NCBI GenBank assembly: GCA_963805625.1
Contig: CAWDVE010000018.1
Span: 1-64,000, forward strand
Direction of reading: 5' to 3'
From: an uncultured Candidatus Rokubacteria bacterium
Lineage (GTDB): Bacteria > Methylomirabilota > Methylomirabilia > Rokubacteriales > DASRDR01
DNA length: 64,000 nucleotides
In this document: piece after piece, positions 1-10,689 of the stretch
Numbering within the stretch: position 1 is the stretch's first letter
How the letters are laid out: the number at the start of each line of letters is the position of its first letter
The notes under the pieces: generated by a model
Told to the model about the DNA's origin: nothing
Seen by the model: the letters and a program-made list of their open reading frames with translations, nothing else
The model's database searches: none
Translations under genes and position numbers: made by a program

Positions 1-281
1 CCCCCGCCCCGGGGGTAGGCGAGGATCGACTGCCGGAAGGACGTGACCACGATCGCGACGAGGACCGCAATCGCGAGCGCGATCGGCAAGGAGGCTCCGA
101 GGGCCCCGGTCCCGGCCGCGACCAGGACCAGCAGGATGGCCTCGGTGGCGTACGCCACCGAGGACAAGGCGTCCGAGGCAACCACGGCCAGGCCGGTGAC
201 GCGGCTCAGCCGCTCGTGTTGGTCGAGGCTGGTCGGGATCGGCCGGCCGACGAGGACGCGCTTGAGGCGCTGGACGGACAT
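1..281 (-). CDS. APC-family transporter, KimA/YdaO-like K+ transporter (5' part; runs off window)
   Basis: Manual translation from ATG at 281: MSVQRLKRVLVGRPIPTSLDQHERLSRVTGLAVVASDALSSVAYATEAIL...AYPRGG; SDALSSVAY and AYPxGG are YdaO/KimA motifs. Not in the ORF track. Confidence 0.8.
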   Translation of the reverse strand, partial: MSVQRLKRVLVGRPIPTSLDQHERLSRVTGLAVVASDALSSVAYATEAILLVLVAAGTGALGASLPIALAIAVLVAIVVTSFRQSILAYPRGG

Positions 282-352
282 TTGCGTCAGGTGCGCCGGG
301 CTGGTCCCGGCACTCCCTCGATCACCACCGGTCGCCGGTCACGCGGCCGAAT

Positions 353-1702
353 TCAGAATCGCTCGCGCCGGGCGGGCGAGGCGAGGTTGTCGAACCGCGT
401 GTACTCGGCGTTGAACACGAGCTCGAGCCGCCCGGTGGGCCCGTTCCGGTGCTTCCCGATCACGAGGTCGGTCGTCCCCGCCTCGGCGTCGGGGGCATTC
501 TCCTTGCGGGCGAGGAACATGATGAGGTCCGCGTCCTGCTCGAGGGCGCCGGACTCGCGAAGATCCGAGAGGCGGGGCAGCGCGTCGCCCCGGGATTCCA
601 CCGCGCGGGAGAGCTGGGAGAGAGCCACGACGGGGACGCTGAGCTCCTTGGCGAGGGCCTTGAGAGAGCGCGAGATCTCCGAGATCTCCTGCTGGCGGTT
701 CTCGGCCCGCCACCGCCCCTGCATGAGCTGGAGGTAGTCGATCACCACCAGCTCGAGCCGATGCTCGGCCTGGATGCGCCGCGCCTTGGCGCGTGCCTCC
801 AGGACCGAGAGGGTCGCCGTGTCGTCGATAAACAAGGGCGCCTCGGAGAGACGGCCGGCCGCGTCGATGATCCGCCGCCACTCGGGGGGTTGGAGGAAGC
901 CCGATCGCACCTTCTGGGAGTCGACCCGGGCCTCGGCGCAGATCAGCCGCTGCACCAGCTGCTCCTTGGACATCTCGAGGCTGAAGATCAGCGCGGGCCG
1001 CCCCAGCTCCACGGCGGCGTGGGCGGCGAGGTTGAGCGCGAACGCGGTCTTGCCCGTGGACGGACGCCCCGCGATGATCACGAAGTCCGACCGCTGGAGC
1101 CCCGACGTGCGCCTGTCGAGCTCCGTGAACCCCGTGGCCAGGCCGGTGATGTCCTCCTTCCGGTGGTAGAGCGTCTCGATGTGCTGGATCGCCTGGGCCA
1201 GGATCTCGCGGACGGGGAACGCGCTCCGCTGGAACCGCCGCTGTGAGATGCGAAACAGCATCTGCTCGGCGCGGTCGAGGAGCGCCTGCACGTCGTCCGT
1301 CTCCTCGTAACCCTCCTCGACGATCTCGCGAGCGACGCGGATCATCTCCCGGAGGAGCGCTTTCTCGCGCACGATGCCGGTGTACGCCGTGAACTGGGTG
1401 GCGACCGTGCCCTCCTCCTGGAGGGTCGCCAGGAGGGTGTGACCTCCGATCTCCTCGAAGACACCCTCGCGGCGCAGCGTCTCCGTCAGCGTGATGGCGT
1501 CGGCCGGCTCGCCACGCTCGAACAGACGGATCATCGCCCCGAAGATCTTCCGGTGGGCTTCCTTGTAGAACTCCTCCGGGACGAGGAGCTCGATGGCCCG
1601 TGGGAGCAGGGCCGGCTCGAGCAGGATCGCGCCCAGCACCGCCCGCTCGGCCTCGAGGCTCTGCGGCGGGACCTTGCCGGGGAGCTCGATCGTGGTGGCC
1701 AT
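353..1702 (-). CDS. dnaB: Replicative DNA helicase DnaB
   Basis: PPQSLEAERAVLG N-terminus, Walker A GRPSTGKT, IDYLQLM, SDLRESGALEQDAD, KHRNGPTG. Confidence 0.97.
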   Translation of the reverse strand: MATTIELPGKVPPQSLEAERAVLGAILLEPALLPRAIELLVPEEFYKEAHRKIFGAMIRLFERGEPADAITLTETLRREGVFEEIGGHTLLATLQEEGTVATQFTAYTGIVREKALLREMIRVAREIVEEGYEETDDVQALLDRAEQMLFRISQRRFQRSAFPVREILAQAIQHIETLYHRKEDITGLATGFTELDRRTSGLQRSDFVIIAGRPSTGKTAFALNLAAHAAVELGRPALIFSLEMSKEQLVQRLICAEARVDSQKVRSGFLQPPEWRRIIDAAGRLSEAPLFIDDTATLSVLEARAKARRIQAEHRLELVVIDYLQLMQGRWRAENRQQEISEISRSLKALAKELSVPVVALSQLSRAVESRGDALPRLSDLRESGALEQDADLIMFLARKENAPDAEAGTTDLVIGKHRNGPTGRLELVFNAEYTRFDNLASPARRERF

Positions 1703-1727
1703 GGCCGAACGACGGCGCGCGGCCCGG

Positions 1728-2171
1728 CTACTCGGCCGCGACCGAGACCGTCAGCGACGCCGTCACATCTCCGTGGAGCCGGACTGGCACCTTGTACTCG
1801 CCGAGCGCCTTGATGGGCTCCTCGAGCTGCACCCGACGCTTCTCGACGGGCACCTGGTGCCGCTCGAGAAACTCGACGACATCCTGCGCCGAAACCGAGC
1901 CGTAGAGACGCCCGTCCTCCGACGCGCGCGCGGTCACGGCGAGCGTCAGGGCCTCGATGCGGGCGGCGGTGGCCTTCGCCACCTCCAGCGCGTGATGCTC
2001 CTCCTTCGCGCGCTGCCGCTTGAGATGCTCCACGTTCTTCAGGTTGGCCGGCGTCGCCGGCACGGCAAGCCTGCGGGGAAGCAGGAAGTTCCGGGCGTAG
2101 CCGTTGGCGACGTCCCGCGTCTCACCCCGGTGCCCGAGCGCGGGCACGTCCGTCATCAGGATCACCTTCAT
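1728..2171 (-). CDS. rplI: 50S ribosomal protein L9
   Basis: MKVIL...GYARNFLLP, GRLYGSVS; conserved position before dnaB. Confidence 0.97.
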   Translation of the reverse strand: MKVILMTDVPALGHRGETRDVANGYARNFLLPRRLAVPATPANLKNVEHLKRQRAKEEHHALEVAKATAARIEALTLAVTARASEDGRLYGSVSAQDVVEFLERHQVPVEKRRVQLEEPIKALGEYKVPVRLHGDVTASLTVSVAAE

Positions 2172-2212
2172 CGCTGTGCTCTCCTAAGGGCGCGCCCCGA
2201 CCGGTCCCGGCC

Positions 2213-3160
2213 TCATCCGGAGGCGGCGGTCGGCGCCTGACGAATCTTGCGAAAGTCGATCCAGAGGTCGGACAGCCCGACGCACGACACCGCCACCAGC
2301 AAGAGGGGCTGCATCGCGAGTAGCCCGAAGCTCACCACCTGGAGGAGGCGTGGCAGGCCGATCCGCTGGAAGAAGTGGCGGAACACGGCCAGCCCCTGGA
2401 TCACGTAGAGCGGCATCAGCACGAGGAGCAAGTTCAGCCCGGCGGCTTCCAGGCGCTCGTGACGCGACGCGAGGAGCACCCCCGCCCCGATGGCACCCCA
2501 GACGAGGTGGTCGGGGACGGCTTCCTGCGCAAAGGGACGGAATCCGAGCCGGTGGCGGAGGCAGAGGCGGGCGATCGCGAAGTTGGCCACGGCGCCGGCG
2601 AAGACTCCAAGCCCCAGCATCCCGGGGGCGGCGATCCGGAGGGTGGCCACGACGAACCGCGCGGCCTCGACCGCCCACCCCGCATCCCGGCCGGCCGTTC
2701 CGAGCCGCGCGGGCCATTGCTCGAGCTCGGTCACCTGGGCAGCGACCTGCCGCTCGAGGTACGCGATGGGCCCCATGCCGACCGGGCTCAGGACCCACAG
2801 CAGGACGACGACGCCCGCCAGGTTCGCGAGAGCGGTCAGGAGCGTCGTCACGGCGACCGGCAGACGCCGGACGAGCCCGAACCCGAGCGCCGCGCCCGGG
2901 AGCGCGTACTTGAGCCCGACGATCAGCATCGCCGGACCGCCGCGGATCGCCCCGACGGCGGTCATCGCGACAACGCCCGCCAGCGCGGCGGCCAGAGGCC
3001 CGCCGAGGGCCAGGGCCACCGCCACCGGGACCAGACCGACGGCGATCGCGGCGAGCCCGCCCCACCACCCCCAGGAGGACACCATCTCGAGACCCGCGAG
3101 CCCGAGGCCCAGTCCCGCGCCCAGTAGGACTGCCCGTCGCGTATCCGGGCCCGCGCCCAC
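2213..3160 (-). CDS. DUF2232/YybS-family membrane protein
   Basis: Hydrophobic 315 aa with QGLAV and GLSDLWIDFRK C-terminal motifs; typical rpsR-rplI position. Confidence 0.8.
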   Translation of the reverse strand: MGAGPDTRRAVLLGAGLGLGLAGLEMVSSWGWWGGLAAIAVGLVPVAVALALGGPLAAALAGVVAMTAVGAIRGGPAMLIVGLKYALPGAALGFGLVRRLPVAVTTLLTALANLAGVVVLLWVLSPVGMGPIAYLERQVAAQVTELEQWPARLGTAGRDAGWAVEAARFVVATLRIAAPGMLGLGVFAGAVANFAIARLCLRHRLGFRPFAQEAVPDHLVWGAIGAGVLLASRHERLEAAGLNLLLVLMPLYVIQGLAVFRHFFQRIGLPRLLQVVSFGLLAMQPLLLVAVSCVGLSDLWIDFRKIRQAPTAASG

Positions 3161-3169
3161 CAGCGGGTC

Positions 3170-3406
3170 CTATTCGGCGACGTACGGGATGAGGGCGACC
3201 GTGCGGAGGCGCTTGAGGGCGCCGGTGAGCTGGCGCTGATGCCGCGCGCAGTTGCCCGAGATGCGACGCGGGATGATCTTGCCACGCTCCGTCATGAAGG
3301 AACGGAGGCGCTTGACGTCACGGTAGTCCACCGCGAGGACCTTGTCGACACAGAACTTGCAAACCTTGCGTCGGCCGAACCGACGCCGCTTCACGGGCTT
3401 GACCAC
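3170..3406 (-). CDS. rpsR: 30S ribosomal protein S18
   Basis: [35 protein letters not shown] (Zn-binding form). Confidence 0.97.
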   Translation of the reverse strand: MVKPVKRRRFGRRKVCKFCVDKVLAVDYRDVKRLRSFMTERGKIIPRRISGNCARHQRQLTGALKRLRTVALIPYVAE

Positions 3407-3465
3407 TTCGCCTCCTCGCTGTTCGCTTCACCGTCTGCGTGCGGAGCGCCACGCTCCGCGGACAC

Positions 3466-3876
3466 TCAGAAGGGCACGTCGTCGGCGCCGCCCGCGGCCT
3501 CCTCGACCGGCTCGGCGTCCGCCGGCCCGGTCGCTCCACTCGCTCGACCTCGTCCGAGGAACTGGAGGCGCTCGGCCACCACCTCCACGACGTTCCGCTT
3601 CTGCCCGTCCTTGGTCTCCCAGTCCCGGGTCTGAAGCCGTCCCTCGACCAGGACGGGGCTGCCCTTGTCGAGGTACTGGGCCGCACTCTCCGCTTGCTTG
3701 CCCCACACGACCACCGTGAGGAAGCACGTCTCCTCGCGCTTCTCTCCGCCCTGGGTCGTGTAGGACCGGTTAACGGCCAGCCGGACATCGGAAACGGCCG
3801 TCCCGCTCGGCGTGTACCGCAGCTCCGGCGCGCGGGTGAGGTTCCCGATCAGGAAGACCTTGTTCAGGCTCGCCAT
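3466..3876 (-). CDS. ssb: Single-stranded DNA-binding protein
   Basis: LNKVFLIGNLT..PELRYT, VEGRLQTRDW, acidic tail DDVPF. Confidence 0.97.
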   Translation of the reverse strand: MASLNKVFLIGNLTRAPELRYTPSGTAVSDVRLAVNRSYTTQGGEKREETCFLTVVVWGKQAESAAQYLDKGSPVLVEGRLQTRDWETKDGQKRNVVEVVAERLQFLGRGRASGATGPADAEPVEEAAGGADDVPF

Positions 3877-4244
3877 CAGCCGACCTCGCTCGTCGCCGGG
3901 GTCCCCGGCCCTGAGGGCGCCGCCACGGCCGCGCCGCTAGGTGCTAGCTTCCGCCGCCCCTCGACGACGCGCATCGTCAGAAAGCGCAGCACCGATTCGT
4001 TGAGCTTGAGCTGCCGCTCGTATTCACGCAACACCGTCGGGGTGGCCCGCATCTGGAGCAGGAGATAGTGCCCCTCCCGCTGCTTGCGGAGCTCGAAGAC
4101 CAGCCGCCGTCGGCCCCAGTCGTCCGAGCTCACCACCTCACCACCCAGGGCGACCAGCGCCTCCTGCAGGCGCCCGCCGAGCTGAGCCACCTCCTCGTCC
4201 GTCAACCGGGGATCCACGATCAGCAACACGTCGTACGTCCGCAA
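3876..4244 (-). CDS. rpsF: 30S ribosomal protein S6
   Basis: MRTYDVLLIVDP, WGRRRL, EGHY, NESVLRFL; TTG start with AAGGAGGTG SD. Confidence 0.95.
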   Translation of the reverse strand: MRTYDVLLIVDPRLTDEEVAQLGGRLQEALVALGGEVVSSDDWGRRRLVFELRKQREGHYLLLQMRATPTVLREYERQLKLNESVLRFLTMRVVEGRRKLAPSGAAVAAPSGPGTPATSEVG

Positions 4245-4251
4245 AATCGCA

Positions 4252-4303
4252 TCACCTCCTTCAAAAGCTCCGACAGCAACGGCCGGAGCGGGGTCAAGAG
4301 CGC
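4252..4303 (-). promoter_or_regulatory. Putative S6:S18 autoregulatory leader RNA
   Basis: Leader CUCUUG-ACCCC-[GCUCCGGC..GUCGGAGC hairpin]-AAGGAGGUG directly upstream of rpsF, resembling the S6:S18 motif layout. Confidence 0.45.
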
Positions 4304-4306
4304 TCT

Positions 4307-4336
4307 AGGATACCAGCGGCCTCGGCGAGGGTGCAA
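4307..4336 (-). promoter_or_regulatory. Putative sigma70 promoter of the rpsF operon
   Basis: TTGCAC-N18-TATCCT on the minus strand. Confidence 0.45.
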
Positions 4337-4396
4337 GGCCGACCACCGCCAGTGCCTGGCGGTGCCCGCGATGGAGCCGAACCGAACGGGACCCCG

Positions 4397-4435
4397 AACA
4401 AGCCGGCCTCCGGGGAGTCCTCCCCGGAGGCCGGC
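4397..4435 (-). terminator. Intrinsic terminator downstream of groEL
   Basis: 15-bp perfect stem GCCGGCCTCCGGGGA/TCCCCGGAGGCCGGC with 4-nt loop, followed by TTGTT on the minus strand; a second 10-bp hairpin lies at 4453-4481. Confidence 0.7.
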
Positions 4436-4494
4436 GGATCGGGCTTAGACTGGGTCGGGAGGACGCGGGCCCCTCCCGACCGTCGATCTCGGTC

Positions 4495-6120
<1,626 letters not shown>

Positions 6121-6172
6121 GGATGATTCCTCCTTGAGTTCTCGGCTTCTCGTCGGTGGCTAGGGGCCGGAG

Positions 6173-6478
6173 CTAGTCGAGGATCCCGAGGACGTCCTCT
6201 TCCCGCAGGATGAGGTACTCCTCGCCGTCGATCTTGACCTCGCTGCCGGAGTACTTGCCGAACAGGATGCGGTCCCCCGCCTTGACGTCGAGCGGGAGTT
6301 TCTTGCCTTCGTCGGTCACCTTCCCGTTGCCCACGGCGATAACCTTGGCCTCCTGAGGCTTCTCCTTCGCGGTGTCCGGGATGATGATGCTGCCGTGCCG
6401 GTCCTCCGTCTCCTCGAGACGCTTGACGAGGATGCGGTCGTGGAGCGGGCGAAGCTTGACCTTGGTAGCGGTCGGCAT
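6173..6478 (-). CDS. groES: Co-chaperonin GroES
   Basis: [35 protein letters not shown]. Confidence 0.98.
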   Translation of the reverse strand: MPTATKVKLRPLHDRILVKRLEETEDRHGSIIIPDTAKEKPQEAKVIAVGNGKVTDEGKKLPLDVKAGDRILFGKYSGSEVKIDGEEYLILREEDVLGILD

Positions 6479-6557
6479 GGTCTGTGCCTCCTTCTGAGCT
6501 GGTCTATGACCTGGGGGTTGTACGACCGGCAGTGCGCCGGCATGTCACCGAGTGCGC

Positions 6558-6584
6558 TTAGCACTCATCTCAATCGAGTGCTAA
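6558..6584. promoter_or_regulatory. CIRCE element (HrcA operator)
   Basis: Exact TTAGCACTC-N9-GAGTGCTAA upstream of groES. Confidence 0.97.
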
Positions 6585-6611
6585 TATAGCGGCGCTCGGA
6601 CCGCCAGTCAA
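6583..6611 (-). promoter_or_regulatory. sigma70 promoter of groESL
   Basis: TTGACT-N17-TATATT on the minus strand, abutting CIRCE. Confidence 0.8.
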
Positions 6612-7097
6612 CCCCAGGGGCCTCGAGATCGGGCAGGCGGTCAGATCCGACTCACGATTTAGCCAATAAACGCTCATTATTTCAATTATTTACCTGTTCT
6701 CTTGCCTGACACCCGCCGGTTGGCCCCTGGTACTGGGAGTCATCGATACGGGAGGTCCTCCCTCCCCTGACGTCACTTGCCGGACGCCGTTCTCGGTCCT
6801 GGCGGGGGGCCGCGCGGCCGTCCGGTGGTCACGAGGCCGGGGCTCATCCGCGCGCTTCTCGGGGGGCTGGATCGCCTGGGTGGGCCTCGACGTGTAGCGT
6901 GTAGGAGGAGTCGCGCGTGCGCCGCGGGGGTCGCGGAGCACATCGCATCGGCGCCCCCGGCCCGGAGACACGCCTCCGGAAGGCGACGTTGGCCTGAATT
7001 GATGCGCTGGCCGTTTCCGGAGGGCCGGCAGCCGGCCCACCTCGTGAACCCCCGCGGGCCTCGGGGCTGGCCGCCCCGGTCGCCCGACGGCCGGGGG

Positions 7098-7817
7098 CTA
7101 CTTCGGCGTGTACACCCAGATCTTCGCGGCGGCCGCGAGCCCCAGGACCACGGTGCGCCCGTCGGTGACCGTCGTGATCGTGCCGGCCCAGGGCGCGATC
7201 TCCTGGACCGTAAGGCGCGTGTCAGGACGGACCCCGTTCCGCCAGAGGTGCTCGAGGAGCTTCCGGTCGGCCTCGGCCTCCTCGGTGATCCGCTCGACCG
7301 TGACCGTCGTGCCCTCCTGGGCCTGGTCGAGCGGGAACGGGTGCGTCCCCGGCCGGGGCGCCATCCCGGGGATGGGGTTGCCGTGTGGACACGTGCTGGG
7401 CATGCCAAGCATCGTCGCCAGACGGTCCTCGACCCGGGGGGACAGGGCGTGCTCGAGCCGGTGCGCCTCTTCGTGCGCGTCCATCCAGTCGAGCCCGAGG
7501 ATGTCCGTGAGCCACCGCTCGAGGAGGCGGTGCCGCCGGGCCATCACCTCGGCCAGCGTGCGACCCCGCTTCGTGAGGACGATCTGCTTGCCCGGCCCGA
7601 GCCGGAGATAGCCGTCGCGGGCCATCCGCTGGAGGGCCTCCGTGACGGCCGGGGGCGAGACCTTGAGATGGCGCGCCAGCCGGGCGCCGATCACCGGCCC
7701 GCCGCTTCCCGCCAGATCGTAGATTCCTTCGAGGTAGTCCTCGATCGACGCCGTGGTGACGCTCCCGCGGGCCCGGGCGGCGAGAGACCCCGATTTTCGG
7801 CTTGACACACTCGACAC
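7098..7817 (-). CDS. DtxR/IdeR-family metal-dependent regulator with C-terminal FeoA domain (start uncertain)
   Basis: EDYLEGIY, HTH, RRHRLLERWL, HEEAHRLEH, TCPHGNPIP. Confidence 0.92.
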   Translation of the reverse strand: MSSVSSRKSGSLAARARGSVTTASIEDYLEGIYDLAGSGGPVIGARLARHLKVSPPAVTEALQRMARDGYLRLGPGKQIVLTKRGRTLAEVMARRHRLLERWLTDILGLDWMDAHEEAHRLEHALSPRVEDRLATMLGMPSTCPHGNPIPGMAPRPGTHPFPLDQAQEGTTVTVERITEEAEADRKLLEHLWRNGVRPDTRLTVQEIAPWAGTITTVTDGRTVVLGLAAAAKIWVYTPK

Positions 7818-7832
7818 GTTAGGCTTACCTAA
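7802..7832 (+). promoter_or_regulatory. Putative promoter with overlapping DtxR/IdeR-like box
   Basis: TTGACA at 7802; TTAGGCTTACCTAA (7819-7832) matches 13/14 of the right part of the DtxR consensus TTAGGTTAGGCTAACCTAA. Confidence 0.6.
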
Positions 7833-7964
7833 TCTCCACGGTCGCGGCTCGGCGAATTATAGCCACGAGGCGCGACGCGACGCAACCGCACGCCAGCGGG
7901 GGGGGGCGCTCGGAGGACCTGGTCCCCGGTACCCCAAGACCGTGACGCATGCAGGGAGGCTCAC

Positions 7965-8981
7965 ATGCATCGCCGATCCTGGGTTCGGATCGCCGGCCCG
8001 GTCCTGGCCACGGCCGTCACGCTGATGGTGGCCGCCGCCACACCGGCGGCCGCGACCGAGCTGCTCCTGTACTCCTCGCGCCACTATCCGAAGGAACCCG
8101 CCTTCGAGGCCTTCACGAAGAAGACCGGCATCACGCTCAAGATCTTCCACGCGAGCGACGCGGAGCTCTTCGAGCGGCTCAAGGCCGAGGGCGACCGTAC
8201 CCCGGCCGACCTTCTCGTCACCGTGGACGCCGGCAACCTGTGGAACGCCGCGCGCGCAGGCTACCTGGCGCCCGTCGACTCGCCCGAGCTCGCCACGAAC
8301 ATCCCCGCCCACCTGCGCGATCCGCAGGGGCGCTGGGTCGCGCTGGCCGTGCGGGCCCGCACCATCATGTACAACACGACCCGCGTGAAGCCCGAAGAGC
8401 TCTCCACCTACGCGGCGCTCGGCGATCCCAAGTGGAAGGGGCGGCTCTGCCTTCGCAACTCGGCTCACATCTACAACCAGTCCTTGCTCGCCACCATGAT
8501 CAAGCGGTATGGCGAGCCCCGAACGGAGGAGATCGTGCGCGGCTGGGTCGCAAACCAGCCGACGCTCATCAACGGCGACGCGAAGATCCTGGAGGCGATC
8601 GCCGCCGGGCAGTGCGACGTCGGCGTCACCAACACCTACTACCTGGGGCGCGCCCTGGCCAAGGACCCCGGCCTCCCGGTGCGCCCTTTCTGGCCCGACC
8701 AGGCCGGACCCGGCGTACACGTGAACATCTCCGGCGCCGGCGTGATCGCCCACAGCAAGCACCGCGCCGAGGCGATCAAGTTCCTCGAGTTCCTCTCGAC
8801 TCCCGACGCGCAGGCGGCCTGGGCCGAGGCGAGCTTCGAGTATCCGGCCAATCCCCAGGTGCCTCCCCAGGCGCTGCTGGCCCAGTGGGGCAGCTTCAAG
8901 ATGGATGACATCAACGTCGCCAGCGCGGGAGAGTTCCAGGCCGCCGCGACGAGGCTCGCGGACCGCGCCGGGTACCGCTAG
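7965..8981 (+). CDS. Fe(III) ABC transporter substrate-binding protein (FutA/FbpA type)
   Basis: Signal peptide, YSSRHY, ADLLVTVDAGNL, YNQSL, NTYY, HVNISGAGV. Confidence 0.92.
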   Translation: MHRRSWVRIAGPVLATAVTLMVAAATPAAATELLLYSSRHYPKEPAFEAFTKKTGITLKIFHASDAELFERLKAEGDRTPADLLVTVDAGNLWNAARAGYLAPVDSPELATNIPAHLRDPQGRWVALAVRARTIMYNTTRVKPEELSTYAALGDPKWKGRLCLRNSAHIYNQSLLATMIKRYGEPRTEEIVRGWVANQPTLINGDAKILEAIAAGQCDVGVTNTYYLGRALAKDPGLPVRPFWPDQAGPGVHVNISGAGVIAHSKHRAEAIKFLEFLSTPDAQAAWAEASFEYPANPQVPPQALLAQWGSFKMDDINVASAGEFQAAATRLADRAGYR

Positions 8982-8994
8982 CGGCTGGTCGTTC

Positions 8995-10689
8995 ATGGCC
9001 CGAGTGTCCGGGGTCGCCGGGGCGATCGGCTCGGGGCCCCGGCGCTCGTGGCCCTGGTCCGCGGCGGCCCTCGCCGCCGCCGCCGTCGTTTCCCTCCCGA
9101 TCCTCACCGTGCTCTGGTCGCTCGCCCATCCCGCCTGGGCGGTCTGGGCGCATCTCGGACGCACCCAGCTGCCGGAGCTGCTCCTCAATACGGTGGCCCT
9201 GGTCGCCGGGGTCGGCCTCGGGGTCCTCCTCCTCGGTACGACGCTCGCGTGGCTCGTCGTGACGTGCGAGTTCCCGGGCCGTCGGGTGTTCGAGTGGGCG
9301 CTGGTCCTGCCGCTCGCGCTCCCGGCCTATGTCATCGGCTTCGTCTTCCTGGGCCTCTTCGAGTACGCGGGCCCGCTCCAGACCGCCCTCCGCGGCTGGC
9401 TCGGCCCCGGCGCCCGCCTCCCGGACCTCCGCTCGGGCTGGGGTGTGGCGCTCATGATGACGCTCGTCTACTACCCCTACGTGTACACGCTCGCGCGAGC
9501 AGCGCTAGTCGAGCAGGCGCCAGAGTTCCTGGAGACCGCGCGCGGCCTCGGGCGCTCGCGGACGGCGATCCTGTTCCGCGTCACCCTGCCCCTGGCGCGT
9601 CCCGCGCTCGCCGCCGGGACGGTCCTGGCATGCATGGAGGCGCTGGCGGACTTCGGCACGGTCGCGACGTTCAGCTTCCGCACGCTGACCGAGGCGGTCT
9701 ACCGCGTGTGGCACGGGATGTTCGATCGCGGCGCGGCGACCCAGCTCGCCGCGATCCTCCTCGGACTGGCCGCCAGCCTCCTGGCGCTCGAGCGCCTCTC
9801 GCGCGGGCGCGCCCGGTTCACGCACGCGCGTCGTCCGGTGCGCCCGCCCGCGCGGCTTCGACTCGCCGGGATCCAGGCGCTCGGCGTCACACTTCTCTGC
9901 GCGGGCACACTCGGCCTGGCCTTCGGGCTGCCGGTGGGTCAGCTCATCGTCTGGGCCATCGAGGCGGTCGGAAGTGACAGCGTGCCCGAGGCGTTCCTGC
10001 CAGCCCTCGCTCAGAGTCTGGCGCTCGGCGGCGGCGCCGCCATCCTGGTCACGGCGGTGGCCGTCCTCCTCGCGTACGCGCTCCGGCGCCAGCCGACGCC
10101 GCTCGTGGTGGCGGCCACGCGCCTGGCCGGGCTCGGGTACGCGCTACCGGGCGCGGTCATCGCCGTGGGCGTCCTCCTCCCGCTGTCCTGGCTCGACCGG
10201 ACGCTGGCGGCGGGACTTGAGCTCCTGACCGGTGTCGCGCCGGGCCTTCTCCTGACCGGCTCCGTGGCGGGCCTGCTCTTCGCCTATCTCGTCCGGTTCC
10301 TGGCGGTAGGCAGCCAGAGCGTCGAGGCAAGCCTCACGCGGATTCCGCGAAGCCTCGACGAGGCGGCCCGCTCGCTCGGCGCTCGCGGCGCACGGACGCT
10401 CCGCGCGATCCACCTCCCGCTGGCGCGCCGCGGGCTCTTCGTCGCAGTCACCCTCGTCTTCGTCGACGTGATGAAGGAGCTGCCCGCCACGCTGCTCCTG
10501 CGACCGTTTGGCCTCGAGACGCTGGCGGTCGTCATCTGGCGGCGGACGGCGGAGTCGCTGTGGGTCGAGGCCGCCGCCCCGGCGCTCGCGCTCGTTCTGG
10601 CCGGGCTCGGGCCGGTCGTGCTCGCGATGCGGGCCAGCGGAACCGATCCCCGGGGCACGGACCCCCGCGCGGGACGCCCCCCGTCGTGA
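8995..10689 (+). CDS. Fe(III) ABC transporter permease (FbpB type)
   Basis: Duplicated permease domains with ETARGLG and EAARSLG loops; DVMKELPATLLLRP. Confidence 0.92.
   Translation: MARVSGVAGAIGSGPRRSWPWSAAALAAAAVVSLPILTVLWSLAHPAWAVWAHLGRTQLPELLLNTVALVAGVGLGVLLLGTTLAWLVVTCEFPGRRVFEWALVLPLALPAYVIGFVFLGLFEYAGPLQTALRGWLGPGARLPDLRSGWGVALMMTLVYYPYVYTLARAALVEQAPEFLETARGLGRSRTAILFRVTLPLARPALAAGTVLACMEALADFGTVATFSFRTLTEAVYRVWHGMFDRGAATQLAAILLGLAASLLALERLSRGRARFTHARRPVRPPARLRLAGIQALGVTLLCAGTLGLAFGLPVGQLIVWAIEAVGSDSVPEAFLPALAQSLALGGGAAILVTAVAVLLAYALRRQPTPLVVAATRLAGLGYALPGAVIAVGVLLPLSWLDRTLAAGLELLTGVAPGLLLTGSVAGLLFAYLVRFLAVGSQSVEASLTRIPRSLDEAARSLGARGARTLRAIHLPLARRGLFVAVTLVFVDVMKELPATLLLRPFGLETLAVVIWRRTAESLWVEAAAPALALVLAGLGPVVLAMRASGTDPRGTDPRAGRPPS

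Noticed and set aside
282-352. ydaO/c-di-AMP riboswitch upstream of the kimA-like gene
   Set aside because: Only about 70 nt separate it from dnaB, too short for the aptamer, and no consensus motifs are visible.
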